Positions 10,501 through 18,618 of a stretch of DNA of 60,651 nucleotides are shown piece by piece. The translations under genes were made by a program, and so were the position numbers. The DNA is from Terriglobia bacterium (GTDB lineage Bacteria; Acidobacteriota; Terriglobia; Terriglobales; Acidobacteriaceae): positions 1 to 60,651 of the forward strand of contig JAIQFM010000001.1 in the NCBI GenBank assembly GCA_020073285.1. The letters run 5' to 3'. A model generated the notes under the pieces. That model was not told the origin of the DNA. It saw only the letters and a list, made by a program, of their open reading frames with translations, and did not search any database. The first letter of the stretch is position 1. Each line of letters starts with the position of its first letter.

Positions 10501-10823
10501 AGATCGACGCGCTGGTCGAAAAGGCCCGCCACCAGTTGGAAGCGCTGCGCACCGTCGGCCTCGGACCGCTGGTGCGGGAATCCGCGCAGGCCGATTTTTA
10601 TCTCGTCGTCGGTCCCGGCCCGAAAGTCGAGGACGCGCGTTTCATCAGCGGCAGCGACAAGCTCAAGCCCTTCGCCGACGCTCTCCGCGCCGCCAAAGTC
10701 AACTTCACCTTCCCCGACAGCACCCCCACGCGCCTGCTCCGCCGCGGCACGCTCTCCTGCGCCCCCGCCGCCGACTGCAAATTCGTTCTTCTCCCCGCCG
10801 ACGACCTTTCCGGCGCGCAGTGA
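7548..10823 (+). CDS. Secreted DUF3857 / transglutaminase-like cysteine-protease-fold / TPR protein
   Basis: ORF 7524-10823 trimmed to MKLIAVLFFLVSAAVSQ, which looks like a signal peptide. Transglutaminase-core Cys context YGDCKDKHTLL. Multiple TPRs around residues 640-830. Confidence 0.75.
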   Translation: MKLIAVLFFLVSAAVSQTVPPSPSAAEKDDYSQEPYVVESQRTVYRFENDGTGRKETTARIRVQSEAGVELLGQLVFGYNSANESVQIPYVRVLKSDGTVVTASATAVQDLTAPVAREAPVYTDYHQKHVTVPGLRPGEVLEYQVVTAITTALAPGEFWMEHHFFDSGIILDDRLEVNIPRDRAVKLKTRPGHDPTITDLGDRRIYRWVSSHKQREDDDTDKKKKRKLQPEPPDVQMTTFASWESLGRWYADLERDRRQPSDAVRARAAELVKGRNTDIEKLQAIYDYVAKDFRYVSLSFGLGRYQPHSADEVLSNQYGDCKDKHTLLEGLLEAIGIRASSALMNSKRKIDPDLPSPSQFDHVISVVPIGKEMVWLDTTTEIAPFRLISYNLRKKKALVVPPTGAAQLVETPADATVANVQVIETEGKVSELGKLTAHVRLAFSGDSELPLRVAFRQVPNARWKDLAQVVAQLEGLRGDASNVKADDPSDNRGPFHLEFDIAQSNFLDWSKRQSQLDLPLARVRLPDLSDADENSAEPIEIGAPGSITVRLKIELPSTFTARAPLPFQMKRDYAEYRAAYDLKGNTFTTERAMILRAREIPAARLRDYAAFRRAIVADEAQQLALDNTQQGSPKPPENVKAQELYEAGLSALQARNYRAAADLLQRVVELEPQHKTAWNDLGNAYLAQRRTDEAIQAFRKQIEINPFDEFAFNNLGRAWWDKRDYAKAAESFQTQIDVNPLDKFAHRNLGAMYLEQHKNREALPELEKAASLNPQDAQAFVSLGQAQLELGDDAEALASFARAAKIAPAPGIWNNIAYQLSLKNTHLDLAQQYAESAVASTAAALRNLTADTMQFEQQALVIGLAAQWDTLGWVHFQRGNLDKAEQFIGAAWLLGQHGEVGDHLAQIHQKRGEKEKAIQMYAQALAAYKPLPETRQRLAALLAPPAPKQAGASSDDKTADEAVKKPAARKVAGKSAVQNPVLDAKIDALVEKARHQLEALRTVGLGPLVRESAQADFYLVVGPGPKVEDARFISGSDKLKPFADALRAAKVNFTFPDSTPTRLLRRGTLSCAPAADCKFVLLPADDLSGAQ

Positions 10824-10893
10824 CCTTGTGGCACACGCGCCCCGCCTGTGCTGGAGGAAGCCGAAGGCCCAAGCCCGTGGAGTTCACAATCGC

Positions 10894-11307
10894 CTACTTG
10901 ATGAAATATCCGCCAACCCTCCACCGCCCGTCCTTGTCCAGCATCGCAGTGACTGTTTCCACCCCCGCCTTCTTGTGCTCAAAGCTGCTTTCGTACTGAA
11001 TCACGACGTACTCGCCATCGGGTGCGCCGGGCAATTGCGTCGTGTACTTTGCCGAAAGCAACTCTCGGGACACCACCTTGCCCAGCGGTGTGCGAGTCGC
11101 CCCCAGCATCTTTTTCCAATCCTCCTTGCTGACCGCGGCTTTGAAGTATGTCGCCGCATCGTCCCAGCTCTGGGCGTAATTGCCGGAATCAACCACCTTC
11201 AGCCAGCCGTCCGCTGCGCCTTCCGCGGCTTTCACTTTGCTCTGCGCCATCGCTGAAAGTGCCAGGCTCATGCCAATCGCAAACACGACAAAAACGCGCG
11301 TCTTCAT
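10894..11307 (-). CDS. DUF4019 domain protein (secreted)
   Basis: ORF trimmed to MKTRVFVVFAIGMSLALSAMAQ, with GGAG upstream. The blocks AQSWDDAATYFKAAVSKEDW and GAPDGEYVVIQYESSF...DGRWRVGGYFIK match my recollection of the DUF4019 family. Confidence 0.75.
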   Translation of the reverse strand: MKTRVFVVFAIGMSLALSAMAQSKVKAAEGAADGWLKVVDSGNYAQSWDDAATYFKAAVSKEDWKKMLGATRTPLGKVVSRELLSAKYTTQLPGAPDGEYVVIQYESSFEHKKAGVETVTAMLDKDGRWRVGGYFIK

Positions 11308-11368
11308 TGCTGTTTCTCCAACATCCCGACTTCGGGGCGGCCAATAGTAACCGGGACTGCAGGGTTGC

Positions 11369-11408
11369 CCCACCCTTATCTCGCCCGCTGTTGGCGAGAT
11401 AGGGTGGG
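11369..11408 (-). terminator. Strong 16-bp stem-loop downstream of the SMP-30-like gene (possible terminator or REP-like element)
   Basis: CCCACCCTTATCTCGCC (11369-11385) pairs with GGCGAGATAGGGTGGG (11393-11408) with a one-nt bulge and a 7-nt loop. No clear U-tract on the minus strand. Confidence 0.35.
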
Positions 11409-11519
11409 TCTTCACGTCAATCTGAACCGCCTTAATATCGCCCTGCGCGACGCGGCCGTGGACGCCTACAACGGCAAATCATTTACGCCGACCAGTCCTC
11501 CGGCCGCGCCGCTGCCGCC

Positions 11520-12596
11520 CTAGTCTTTGTCTCTATCGTCTTTATCGTCTTTGTCCCCATCGCCCTTCAGCGGAGGAATCCGTGCCTCGATCTTCGACAC
11601 GGTGTAGCGATTCACCTGCGCCGTCCACCCCGAATCAACCGCCACGTAAGCGGCATTGAAGATCCGCAGGTCCAGCGCCAGGTTGGTCACATACAGCCAG
11701 TGTCCGTCGGCGCTAAACGCCGGGCTGGCCGGGAACAGCAGGCCGCGCGGCACGCCCTCGTCGCTCACGCCGCCAAAATCGCCCAGCTTGGCAATCGCTT
11801 TGCCTGTCGGGTCCACCACCACGATCTCGTCCCCCTGATTCGCCGCCACCCACAGGTTGTCGTGCTTGTCGATGGCGATCCCGTCCGCCCCGTTGATGCT
11901 GTTGATGAACACCGAGACGGCGCCCGACGTGCCGTCCTCATTTACAGCGATCTTCAACACGGTGTCGTTCCCGGTGTTGGCGACGAACATTGCGCTGCCC
12001 GCGCGATTGAACACCATCCCGTTGGCGCCGAACGGAGGCACGCCGCTGGTGGTCAATAGCGGATCGCTGGCCCATGCCGTCCCCGTCCCGCCCGTACTTC
12101 CGGTCTTCCAGATGACTCCCTGGAACGAATCCGACACATACACGTTCCCCGCTTTGTCGAAGGTCAGCGCGTTGAGCCCGGGGCTGGCCGGATTGCCCGG
12201 CGTCATGAACACCGACGATGTACCCGTCACCGGGTTCACCTTCAGCACTTGCCCCGCGCCGAAGTCAAGCACTAGCAGCGACCCGTTAGGATGGAATGCC
12301 AGCCCCAGCAGGTGCGAGGTCGAGCCCGCAATGCTCACCTGCCGCAGCAATCTTCCGTGCGGCGAATATACGTACATTTGCCCTTGGCCCGACACGCCGC
12401 CGCCGGCGTTGAAACCGAAGGTGGCGACGTACACTTTGCCGTCGGGGCCCACCGTCAGCCCTTCCGGTCCAGTTGCGCCATCCGGCAATACGGCGAAGGT
12501 AAACGCGGGATTGCGGTGCCACGCCGCCGCCGGAATCGCCGCACTCAGCACCATGCTCAACGCCAGCACTGCAAACAGCCATCTCGTCTTCATCAT
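11520..12596 (-). CDS. SMP-30/gluconolactonase/LRE-like beta-propeller protein, secreted
   Basis: Signal peptide MMKTRWLFAVLALSMVLSAAIPAAA. Repeated GPEGLTV.PDGKVYV / GLAFHPNG / NALTFDKAGNVYVSD propeller blades. Acidic KD-rich tail. GAGGAA precedes the clustered ATGs, so the exact start (12602, 12596 or 12593) is uncertain. Confidence 0.6.
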   Translation of the reverse strand: MMKTRWLFAVLALSMVLSAAIPAAAWHRNPAFTFAVLPDGATGPEGLTVGPDGKVYVATFGFNAGGGVSGQGQMYVYSPHGRLLRQVSIAGSTSHLLGLAFHPNGSLLVLDFGAGQVLKVNPVTGTSSVFMTPGNPASPGLNALTFDKAGNVYVSDSFQGVIWKTGSTGGTGTAWASDPLLTTSGVPPFGANGMVFNRAGSAMFVANTGNDTVLKIAVNEDGTSGAVSVFINSINGADGIAIDKHDNLWVAANQGDEIVVVDPTGKAIAKLGDFGGVSDEGVPRGLLFPASPAFSADGHWLYVTNLALDLRIFNAAYVAVDSGWTAQVNRYTVSKIEARIPPLKGDGDKDDKDDRDKD

Positions 12597-12712
12597 CGTC
12601 ATTTCCTCTTTCTCTTTCTTTTGGCTTGATGTTGGCCGCCCGGTGGGTAAGGTCACGCGTCCAGATGCAACTCGCCTCCTGCGCGCCGAACTTTTTTCGT
12701 CCCCGCTCCGAA

Positions 12713-12733
12713 CTACGGACTACCGGCTACCGA
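12713..12733. repeat. Tandem heptamer array, 3 x CTACCGR
   Basis: CTACGGA CTACCGG CTACCGA, in the divergent promoter region upstream of the aldehyde dehydrogenase. Confidence 0.65.
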
Positions 12734-12749
12734 AAACGCGCGAACGTAC

Positions 12750-12755
12750 TAGAAT
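12750..12755 (+). promoter_or_regulatory. -10-like TAGAAT positioned for a leaderless aldehyde dehydrogenase mRNA
   Basis: TAGAAT ends 7 nt before the A of ATG 12762. The intervening CTCCCC has no Shine-Dalgarno. No convincing -35 element. Confidence 0.3.
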
Positions 12756-12761
12756 CTCCCC

Positions 12762-14204
12762 ATGAGCACCACACTAACGCCAGTCAAGAGCTTCGGATTC
12801 CTCCTCGACGGACACTGGATCACCGAAGGCGCACTGCACGAGATTCGCGCTCCCTACGATCAAGAAGTCGTCGGCGCCGTCGTGTACGGCACGCGGCGGC
12901 ACGCCGAGGCCGCCATTGCGGCTGCCGTGAAAGCCTTCGAGACCACGCGCCGCCTGCCTGCCTACGAACGCCAGCGCGTGCTGCGCTGCGTTGCCGAAGC
13001 GCTGGTCGCGCGCAAGGACGAGTTTGCCAAGGTTCTGGCGCGCGAGGCCGGTAAGCCGCTCAAGCAGGCTCGCGCCGAAGTCGAGCGCGCCATCTCGACC
13101 TTCTTCATCGCCGCCGAAGAGAGCACGCGCATCAACGGCGAGGTTCTGCCGCTGGACACCGCCCCGGCGGCCCCCGGACGCTGGGGCATCGTGAAGCGCT
13201 TTCCGCTGGGCCCCATCTCGGCGATCACGCCCTTTAACTTCCCTTTGAACCTGGTGGCGCACAAGCTCGCGCCCGCCATCGCCTGCGGCTGCACCGTGGT
13301 CTTGAAGCCGCCGCCACAGGACCCGCTCAGTGCGCTCATGCTCGCCGAACTCGTGCAGCAGGCCGGCTGGCCCGACGGCGCGCTCAACGTGCTCACCCTC
13401 AGCAACGAGGACGCCGCGCCGCTGGTCAGCGACGAGCGCATCAAGCTGCTGAGCTTTACCGGCAGTTCCGCCGCCGGCTGGGAGCTGAAGAAGAAAGCCG
13501 GCAAGAAGCGCGTCGTGCTGGAACTGGGCGGCAATGCCGGTTGCATCGTGCACGGCGATGCCGACCTGAAGCAGGCTGCCGAGCGGTGCGTTACCGGCGG
13601 ATTCGGCTATGCCGGGCAGACCTGCATCTCGGTGCAGCGAATTTTTGTCGAGCGCAAAGCCATGCCGGAGTTCACGGACCACTTGGTGGCGGGCGCGCGG
13701 AAATTGAAAATCGGCGATCCGCTGGACGCGAGCACGGATGTTGGCCCGATGATCCGCGAAGCCGATGCCGTCCGCGCCGTCGAGTGGATCGAGGAAGCGG
13801 TCGCCGGCGGCGCCAAGCTGTTGTGCGGCGGCCAGCGCAAAGGCTGGTTCGTGCATCCGACGGTGCTCACCGGCACCAAGCCGAGCATGCGCGTGAATTG
13901 TTTGGAGGTTTTCGCGCCGGTCGTCACGGTCGAGCCCTACGACGATTTCCATGAAGCCTTGCGCCGCGTCAACGATTCGCCCTGGGGATTGCAGGCCGGA
14001 GTGTTTACCCGCGACGCGCGCCTGATCTTCCGCGCCTTTGAAGAACTGCAGGTCGGCGGCGTCATCGCCGGTGACATCCCCACCTGGCGCATGGACCAGA
14101 TGCCCTACGGCGGCGTGAAGGATTCCGGCCTCGGCCGCGAAGGGCTGAAGTACGCGATCGAGGAAATGACGGAGCGGAAGCTGCTGGTGATGAACGTTCA
14201 GTAG
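12762..14204 (+). CDS. NAD(P)-dependent aldehyde dehydrogenase family protein
   Basis: 480 aa. ALDH Glu motif (VLELGGNAG) and catalytic Cys context (GYAGQTCIS). Typical length. Confidence 0.88.
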   Translation: MSTTLTPVKSFGFLLDGHWITEGALHEIRAPYDQEVVGAVVYGTRRHAEAAIAAAVKAFETTRRLPAYERQRVLRCVAEALVARKDEFAKVLAREAGKPLKQARAEVERAISTFFIAAEESTRINGEVLPLDTAPAAPGRWGIVKRFPLGPISAITPFNFPLNLVAHKLAPAIACGCTVVLKPPPQDPLSALMLAELVQQAGWPDGALNVLTLSNEDAAPLVSDERIKLLSFTGSSAAGWELKKKAGKKRVVLELGGNAGCIVHGDADLKQAAERCVTGGFGYAGQTCISVQRIFVERKAMPEFTDHLVAGARKLKIGDPLDASTDVGPMIREADAVRAVEWIEEAVAGGAKLLCGGQRKGWFVHPTVLTGTKPSMRVNCLEVFAPVVTVEPYDDFHEALRRVNDSPWGLQAGVFTRDARLIFRAFEELQVGGVIAGDIPTWRMDQMPYGGVKDSGLGREGLKYAIEEMTERKLLVMNVQ

Positions 14205-14232
14205 TTGGTAGTCGGAAATTAGCGAAAATCGA

Positions 14233-14265
14233 GAGCGCGACCACCACCACCACCGGATCGCGCTC
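14233..14265 (+). terminator. Stem-loop after the aldehyde dehydrogenase stop (possible terminator)
   Basis: GAGCGCGA (14233-14240) pairs with TCGCGCTC (14258-14265) around a (CCA)4-rich loop. No T-tract follows. It is preceded by the heptamer pair TAGTTGG TAGTCGG at 14202-14215. Confidence 0.3.
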
Positions 14266-14567
14266 CATCTTCCGCCAACTATCTGCCCGAGATACAAGTC
14301 TGAACGAAATTTTCTTGGTGCGTGAGAGCGGCCTGGATCATCTTCGTCAATGCAACCGTGGGGTGCGAACCGCGCATCGGCTGTTAACTGGCGTGGGAAT
14401 ATACCCGGTATTTTTCATTGGCCCACGGTTGCCGATTAAGGGCATAGGTCTCGGCTCTCCTAACGGTGCAAAACGGCGCCGACGAGGCCGCGCGGGATGG
14501 CGACATCGACGGCGGCTCCTCCGGGCGTTTGGGCGGTCCGGCGGCGGAAAAACGTCGTGGGACGATT

Positions 14568-14602
14568 TGCTACAATCACGGGTTTTCGTGACATACGTCA
14601 CG
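14568..14602 (+). promoter_or_regulatory. Extended -10 promoter (TGcTACAAT) followed by a 6-4-6 palindrome CGTGAC-ATAC-GTCACG, upstream of actA
   Basis: TG at 14568-14569 and TACAAT at 14571-14576. A perfect inverted repeat at 14587-14602 has the GTGA-N6-TCAC core seen in CRP/FNR-family sites. It lies about 80 nt upstream of actA ATG 14681. Confidence 0.4.
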
Positions 14603-14680
14603 ATAACGTGTGATGGACTACGGCGGAACGAATTCCACCGCTACATCCGCAACCCAGCAAGACGAGGAACGGGCGGATAG

Positions 14681-15379
14681 ATGGCCCAGGTATTCCACCG
14701 CAGCACGAACACAATCTCGAGAGTGTCCATCGCGCTGAGCGTGGTGGCCGTGGCGGTATTTTTTTTCGCGGCCGAGCAGGTGCAAAGGTCGCCGTACACG
14801 AGCTGGCGCGGGGTGGCGCGGACGCAAGCGGTGCCGTTCAGTCACCAGCACCACGTCGGGGGGCTGGGCATCGACTGCCGCTACTGCCACACCACGGTCG
14901 AGGTTTCGAGCTTCGCCGGCATCCCGCCGACCAAGACGTGCATGAACTGCCACGCGCAGATCTGGACCAACGCCGAGATGCTGGCGCCGGTGCGGGAGAG
15001 CTTCCGCTCGGGGAAGTCCCTGGTGTGGGAGCGGGCCGACCAGATCCCCGACTTCGTGTATTTCGATCACAGCATTCATATCAACAAGGGCGTGGGATGC
15101 GCGTCGTGCCACGGGCCGGTGGACCGTATGCCGCTGATGTACGCGGAGAATTCGCTGCAGATGGAGTGGTGCCTGAACTGCCATCGCGCGCCGGAGAAGT
15201 TCCTGCGTCCGCGGTCGGAAATTTTCGATATGCGCTATGAGCCGCCCAGCGGGGAAAAGCCGCTGGAGGTGGACGGGAAAAAATTTGCCGACCAGCAGTC
15301 GCTGGGGACTTATTTGAAGACCAAGTACCGGGTGCGGAGCGTGAACGACATGACGAGTTGCGACACGTGTCATCGGTGA
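14681..15379 (+). CDS. actA: Alternative Complex III subunit ActA (pentaheme cytochrome c)
   Basis: 232 aa. N-terminal TM anchor. Five CxxCH motifs (CRYCH, CMNCH, CASCH, CLNCH, CDTCH). First gene of the actABCDEF order. Confidence 0.88.
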   Translation: MAQVFHRSTNTISRVSIALSVVAVAVFFFAAEQVQRSPYTSWRGVARTQAVPFSHQHHVGGLGIDCRYCHTTVEVSSFAGIPPTKTCMNCHAQIWTNAEMLAPVRESFRSGKSLVWERADQIPDFVYFDHSIHINKGVGCASCHGPVDRMPLMYAENSLQMEWCLNCHRAPEKFLRPRSEIFDMRYEPPSGEKPLEVDGKKFADQQSLGTYLKTKYRVRSVNDMTSCDTCHR

Positions 15380-15434
15380 AGCGTCGTTGGTCGTTAGTCG
15401 TTGGCAGAAGCGTCGATGGTCGTTGGCAGAAGCG
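15378..15434. repeat. Overlapping direct repeats GAAGCGTCG-N-TGGTCGTT(AGTCGTT)GGCAGAAGCG x2 (actA-actB junction)
   Basis: Copy 1 is 15378-15412 and copy 2 is 15407-15434. Copy 1 carries one extra heptamer, AGTCGTT. The repeat starts within the actA stop codon. Confidence 0.75.
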
Positions 15435-15501
15435 GATTCCTCGCTCCGCTCGGAATGGCAAATTTGATGGGGTTGATGAGAACAAGTAGCTAACGGGGAA
15501 G

Positions 15502-18500
15502 ATGGAAGAGTCAACTAAAGACGAGTTGGTGCAGATTCGGCCTTCGGGCGGCACGGCGCTTGATCTCGATGCGGTGCGGGCGAAGCTGGAGGCGGCGCGG
15601 GGGCCGCAGTACTGGCGCTGCCTGGAGGAGCTGGCGGACAGCGAGGGCTTCGAGGAACTGCTGCATCGGGAATTTCCGCGGCAGGCGAGCGAGTGGGTAG
15701 GCGGCGACTTTTCGCGGCGGAATTTTCTCAAGCTGATGAGCGCGTCGCTGGCGCTGGCCGGATTGAGCGGCTGCACCAAGCTGCCGGTGGAAAGCATTGT
15801 CCCCTACGTGCGGCAACCGGAGGAGATCGTTCCCGGGCGGCCACTGTTTTTCGCGACGGCGATGGACTTTGGCGGATACGCGGAGCCGCTGCTGGCGTGC
15901 AGTTACGAGGGGCGCCCGACCAAGCTGGAAGGCAATCCCGAGCATCCGGCCAGCCAGGGCGCGACCGACGTGTACGCGCAGGCGGCCCTGCTGGATTTGT
16001 ACGATCCCGAGCGCTCGCAGACGAGCACGTACGGCGGCGAGGTGCGGCCGTGGTCGTCGTTCGTGGGCGCGATGCAGGGGCCGATCGCGGCGCAGAAAGC
16101 GGCGGGCGGCGCCGGCTTCCGGCTGCTGACGCAGGCGGTGTCGTCGCCGACGCTGCTGGCGCAGATCCGCACTCTGCAACAGACCTTCCCGCGGATGAAG
16201 TGGCGCCAGTGGCAGCCGGTGAACCGCGACGGCGCGCGCGGCGGAGCGCAGATGGCCTTCGGGCAACCGTTGGAAACGCGCTACCTGCTGGAAAACGCCG
16301 ACATCGTGGTGTCGCTCGACGCCGACTTCTTGGCCAGCGGCTTCCCCGGATTTCTCATGCACACGCGGGAGTGGGCGCGGCGGCGCAATCCGGATAATCC
16401 GGCGGGCATGAACCGCACGTATGCCATCGAGAGCACGCCGACGAACTCGGGCTTCAAAGCCGATCATCGGCTGCCGGTGCGGGCGTCGGAGGTGGAGCAG
16501 TACGCGCGGGCGCTGGCGTCGCGGCTGGGCGTAAGCGCCGGCGGTACGGCGCGCCCGGAACACAACGCGTGGCTCGACGCGCTGGCGAAGGATTTGCAGA
16601 AGCATCGCGGAAGGTCGGCGATCATTCCCGGCGAATACCAGCCGCCGATGGTGCATGCGCTGGCTCATGCGATGAACGAAGCGCTGGGCGCCGTGGGCAC
16701 GACGGTGATCTATACCGATCCCGTCGTCGAAGGCCCGGTGAGCCAGGCGGAGTCGATCAAGGAGCTGGTCGCCGAGATGAACGCCGGGAAAGTGGAGTTG
16801 CTTCTGATTTTGGGCGGCAATCCGGTGTTCGACGCGCCGGCGGACCTGGACCTGGCAGCGGCGATGGGCAAGGTGCCGCTGCGAATTCACCACGGGATTT
16901 ATCAGAACGAAACCTCGGTGTACGCGCACTGGCACGTGAATGCGGCGCATTTCCTCGAAGAGTGGAGCGACACGCGCGCCATCAACGGGATGGTGAGCAT
17001 CGTGCAGCCGCTGATTGCGCCGCTGTACGGCGGGCGGAGCGCGCATGAGGTGCTGGCGGTTTTCGGCGGTCAACCGGATACATCGTCTTACGAGCTGGTT
17101 CGGGCGTATTGGAAGTCGCAGTACAAAGGCGCGGATTTCGAGGGATTCTGGCGGCGCGCCGTGCACGACGGCTTCATGGAGGGCACGGAGTTCAAGCCAA
17201 AGCCGCTGCGAACCTCGACGAATGCGTTCTTGGGATCTTCGCTCCGGACCGAACTTTCTGGTAAAGGTCCACTGCCGCTGCCTGGGGTCGAGGGTCCGCA
17301 GGTTTCATCAGCCTCGCGGGATCACTCGTTCGAGATCGTTTTCCGGCACGATCCCAGCGTGTACGACGGACGGTTCGCCAACAACGCGTGGCTGCAAGAG
17401 CTGGAAAAGCCGGTTACCAAGCTGACCTGGGACAACGTGGTGTACATCAGCCCGGCCGACGCGCGGAGGTTGGAAGTGCCGCCGGGGCAGGACACCACGA
17501 TGGTGAAGCTGAGCTATCGCGGCCGGGAGGTCGAGGCGCCGCTGTGGCCGCAGCCGGGACAGCCGGATGGATGCCTGACGGCGTTCTTCGGATACGGGCG
17601 CACGCACGCGGGCCGGACGGGCAACGGCCAGGGCTTCAATGCCTATCAAGTGCGTCCTTCCGATGCGCTGAACTTCGGCGGCGGAGCCAAGGTCAGCAAG
17701 ACGGGCGCGACGTACAAAGTGGCGTCGCTGCAGGGCTACCAGGCTCTGGAAGGGCGCAACATCGTGCGCGCGGCACCCCTGGAGACCTACCAGCAGAACC
17801 CGAATTTCGCGCACGAAAACAACGTCGCGCCGCCGCGCCAGGACACGCTCTATCCGGATTACCAGTACCAGGAGTACGCCTGGGGGATGGAGATCGACCT
17901 GAACTCGTGCGTGGGATGCAACGCCTGCATCATCGCGTGCCAGGCGGAGAACAACATCCCGGTAGTCGGGAAATATCAGACGCTCCGCGGGCGCAAGATG
18001 CACTGGCTGCGGGTGGACGGCTACTACGAGGGCGACCCGGCGAACCCGCGCATGTACTTCGAACCGCTGCCGTGCATGCAGTGCGAGGATGCGCCCTGCG
18101 AGGTGGTGTGCCCGGTGGGAGCGACGGTGCACAGCAGCGAGGGGCTGAACGACATGGTCTACAACCGCTGCGTGGGCACGCGCTATTGCCAGAACAATTG
18201 CCCGTGGAAGGTGCGCCGGTTCAACTTCCTGCTGTTCAACGATTGGAATACGCCGCAGACCAAGATGGTGCGCAACCCGGAGGTCACGGTGCGCAGCCGC
18301 GGGGTGATGGAGAAGTGCACCTACTGCGTGCAGCGGATCACGAACGGGCGGATCGCGGCGGAAGAAGCCGACCGGCGAGTGCGCGACGGCGAGATCCAGA
18401 CGGCGTGCCAGCAGGTGTGCCCGGCAAAGGCGATCGTCTTCGGCGACATCAATGACCGGAACAGCTCGGTGCGCCGGTTGAAGCAGCACCCGCGCAATTA

Positions 18501-18618
18501 CGGGGTGCTGGAAGAGCTGAATACGCGGCCGCGGACGACCTACATGGCGGCGGTGCTCAATCCGAACCCCGAAATTCCCGTCATCAACAGGCAGCAGCAG
18601 CCGGAGCAAAATTTCTGA
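15502..18618 (+). CDS. actB: Alternative Complex III subunit ActB (fused molybdopterin-oxidoreductase-like and 4Fe-4S ferredoxin domains)
   Basis: 1038 aa. Twin-arginine signal (SRRNFLKLMSASLALAGLSGC). C-terminal Fe-S Cys clusters (CVGCNACIIAC, CMQCEDAPCEVVCP, CVGTRYCQNNCP). Confidence 0.9.
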   Translation: MEESTKDELVQIRPSGGTALDLDAVRAKLEAARGPQYWRCLEELADSEGFEELLHREFPRQASEWVGGDFSRRNFLKLMSASLALAGLSGCTKLPVESIVPYVRQPEEIVPGRPLFFATAMDFGGYAEPLLACSYEGRPTKLEGNPEHPASQGATDVYAQAALLDLYDPERSQTSTYGGEVRPWSSFVGAMQGPIAAQKAAGGAGFRLLTQAVSSPTLLAQIRTLQQTFPRMKWRQWQPVNRDGARGGAQMAFGQPLETRYLLENADIVVSLDADFLASGFPGFLMHTREWARRRNPDNPAGMNRTYAIESTPTNSGFKADHRLPVRASEVEQYARALASRLGVSAGGTARPEHNAWLDALAKDLQKHRGRSAIIPGEYQPPMVHALAHAMNEALGAVGTTVIYTDPVVEGPVSQAESIKELVAEMNAGKVELLLILGGNPVFDAPADLDLAAAMGKVPLRIHHGIYQNETSVYAHWHVNAAHFLEEWSDTRAINGMVSIVQPLIAPLYGGRSAHEVLAVFGGQPDTSSYELVRAYWKSQYKGADFEGFWRRAVHDGFMEGTEFKPKPLRTSTNAFLGSSLRTELSGKGPLPLPGVEGPQVSSASRDHSFEIVFRHDPSVYDGRFANNAWLQELEKPVTKLTWDNVVYISPADARRLEVPPGQDTTMVKLSYRGREVEAPLWPQPGQPDGCLTAFFGYGRTHAGRTGNGQGFNAYQVRPSDALNFGGGAKVSKTGATYKVASLQGYQALEGRNIVRAAPLETYQQNPNFAHENNVAPPRQDTLYPDYQYQEYAWGMEIDLNSCVGCNACIIACQAENNIPVVGKYQTLRGRKMHWLRVDGYYEGDPANPRMYFEPLPCMQCEDAPCEVVCPVGATVHSSEGLNDMVYNRCVGTRYCQNNCPWKVRRFNFLLFNDWNTPQTKMVRNPEVTVRSRGVMEKCTYCVQRITNGRIAAEEADRRVRDGEIQTACQQVCPAKAIVFGDINDRNSSVRRLKQHPRNYGVLEELNTRPRTTYMAAVLNPNPEIPVINRQQQPEQNF

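Noticed and set aside
14315-14680. 121-aa plus ORF and 84-aa minus ORF (14347-14601) in the long gap before actA
   Set aside because: Arg/Gly/Pro-rich junk-like sequences with no SD. The region is better explained as promoter, leader or possible ncRNA.
14618-15514. 298-aa minus-strand ORF across actA
   Set aside because: Antisense to the pentaheme ActA gene, with no motifs. It would leave the act operon without its first subunit.
15511-17166. 551-aa minus-strand ORF
   Set aside because: Entirely antisense to actB, which has a Tat signal and Fe-S motifs. The product is Arg/His/Pro/Ala-rich with no motifs, which is the typical high-GC shadow frame.
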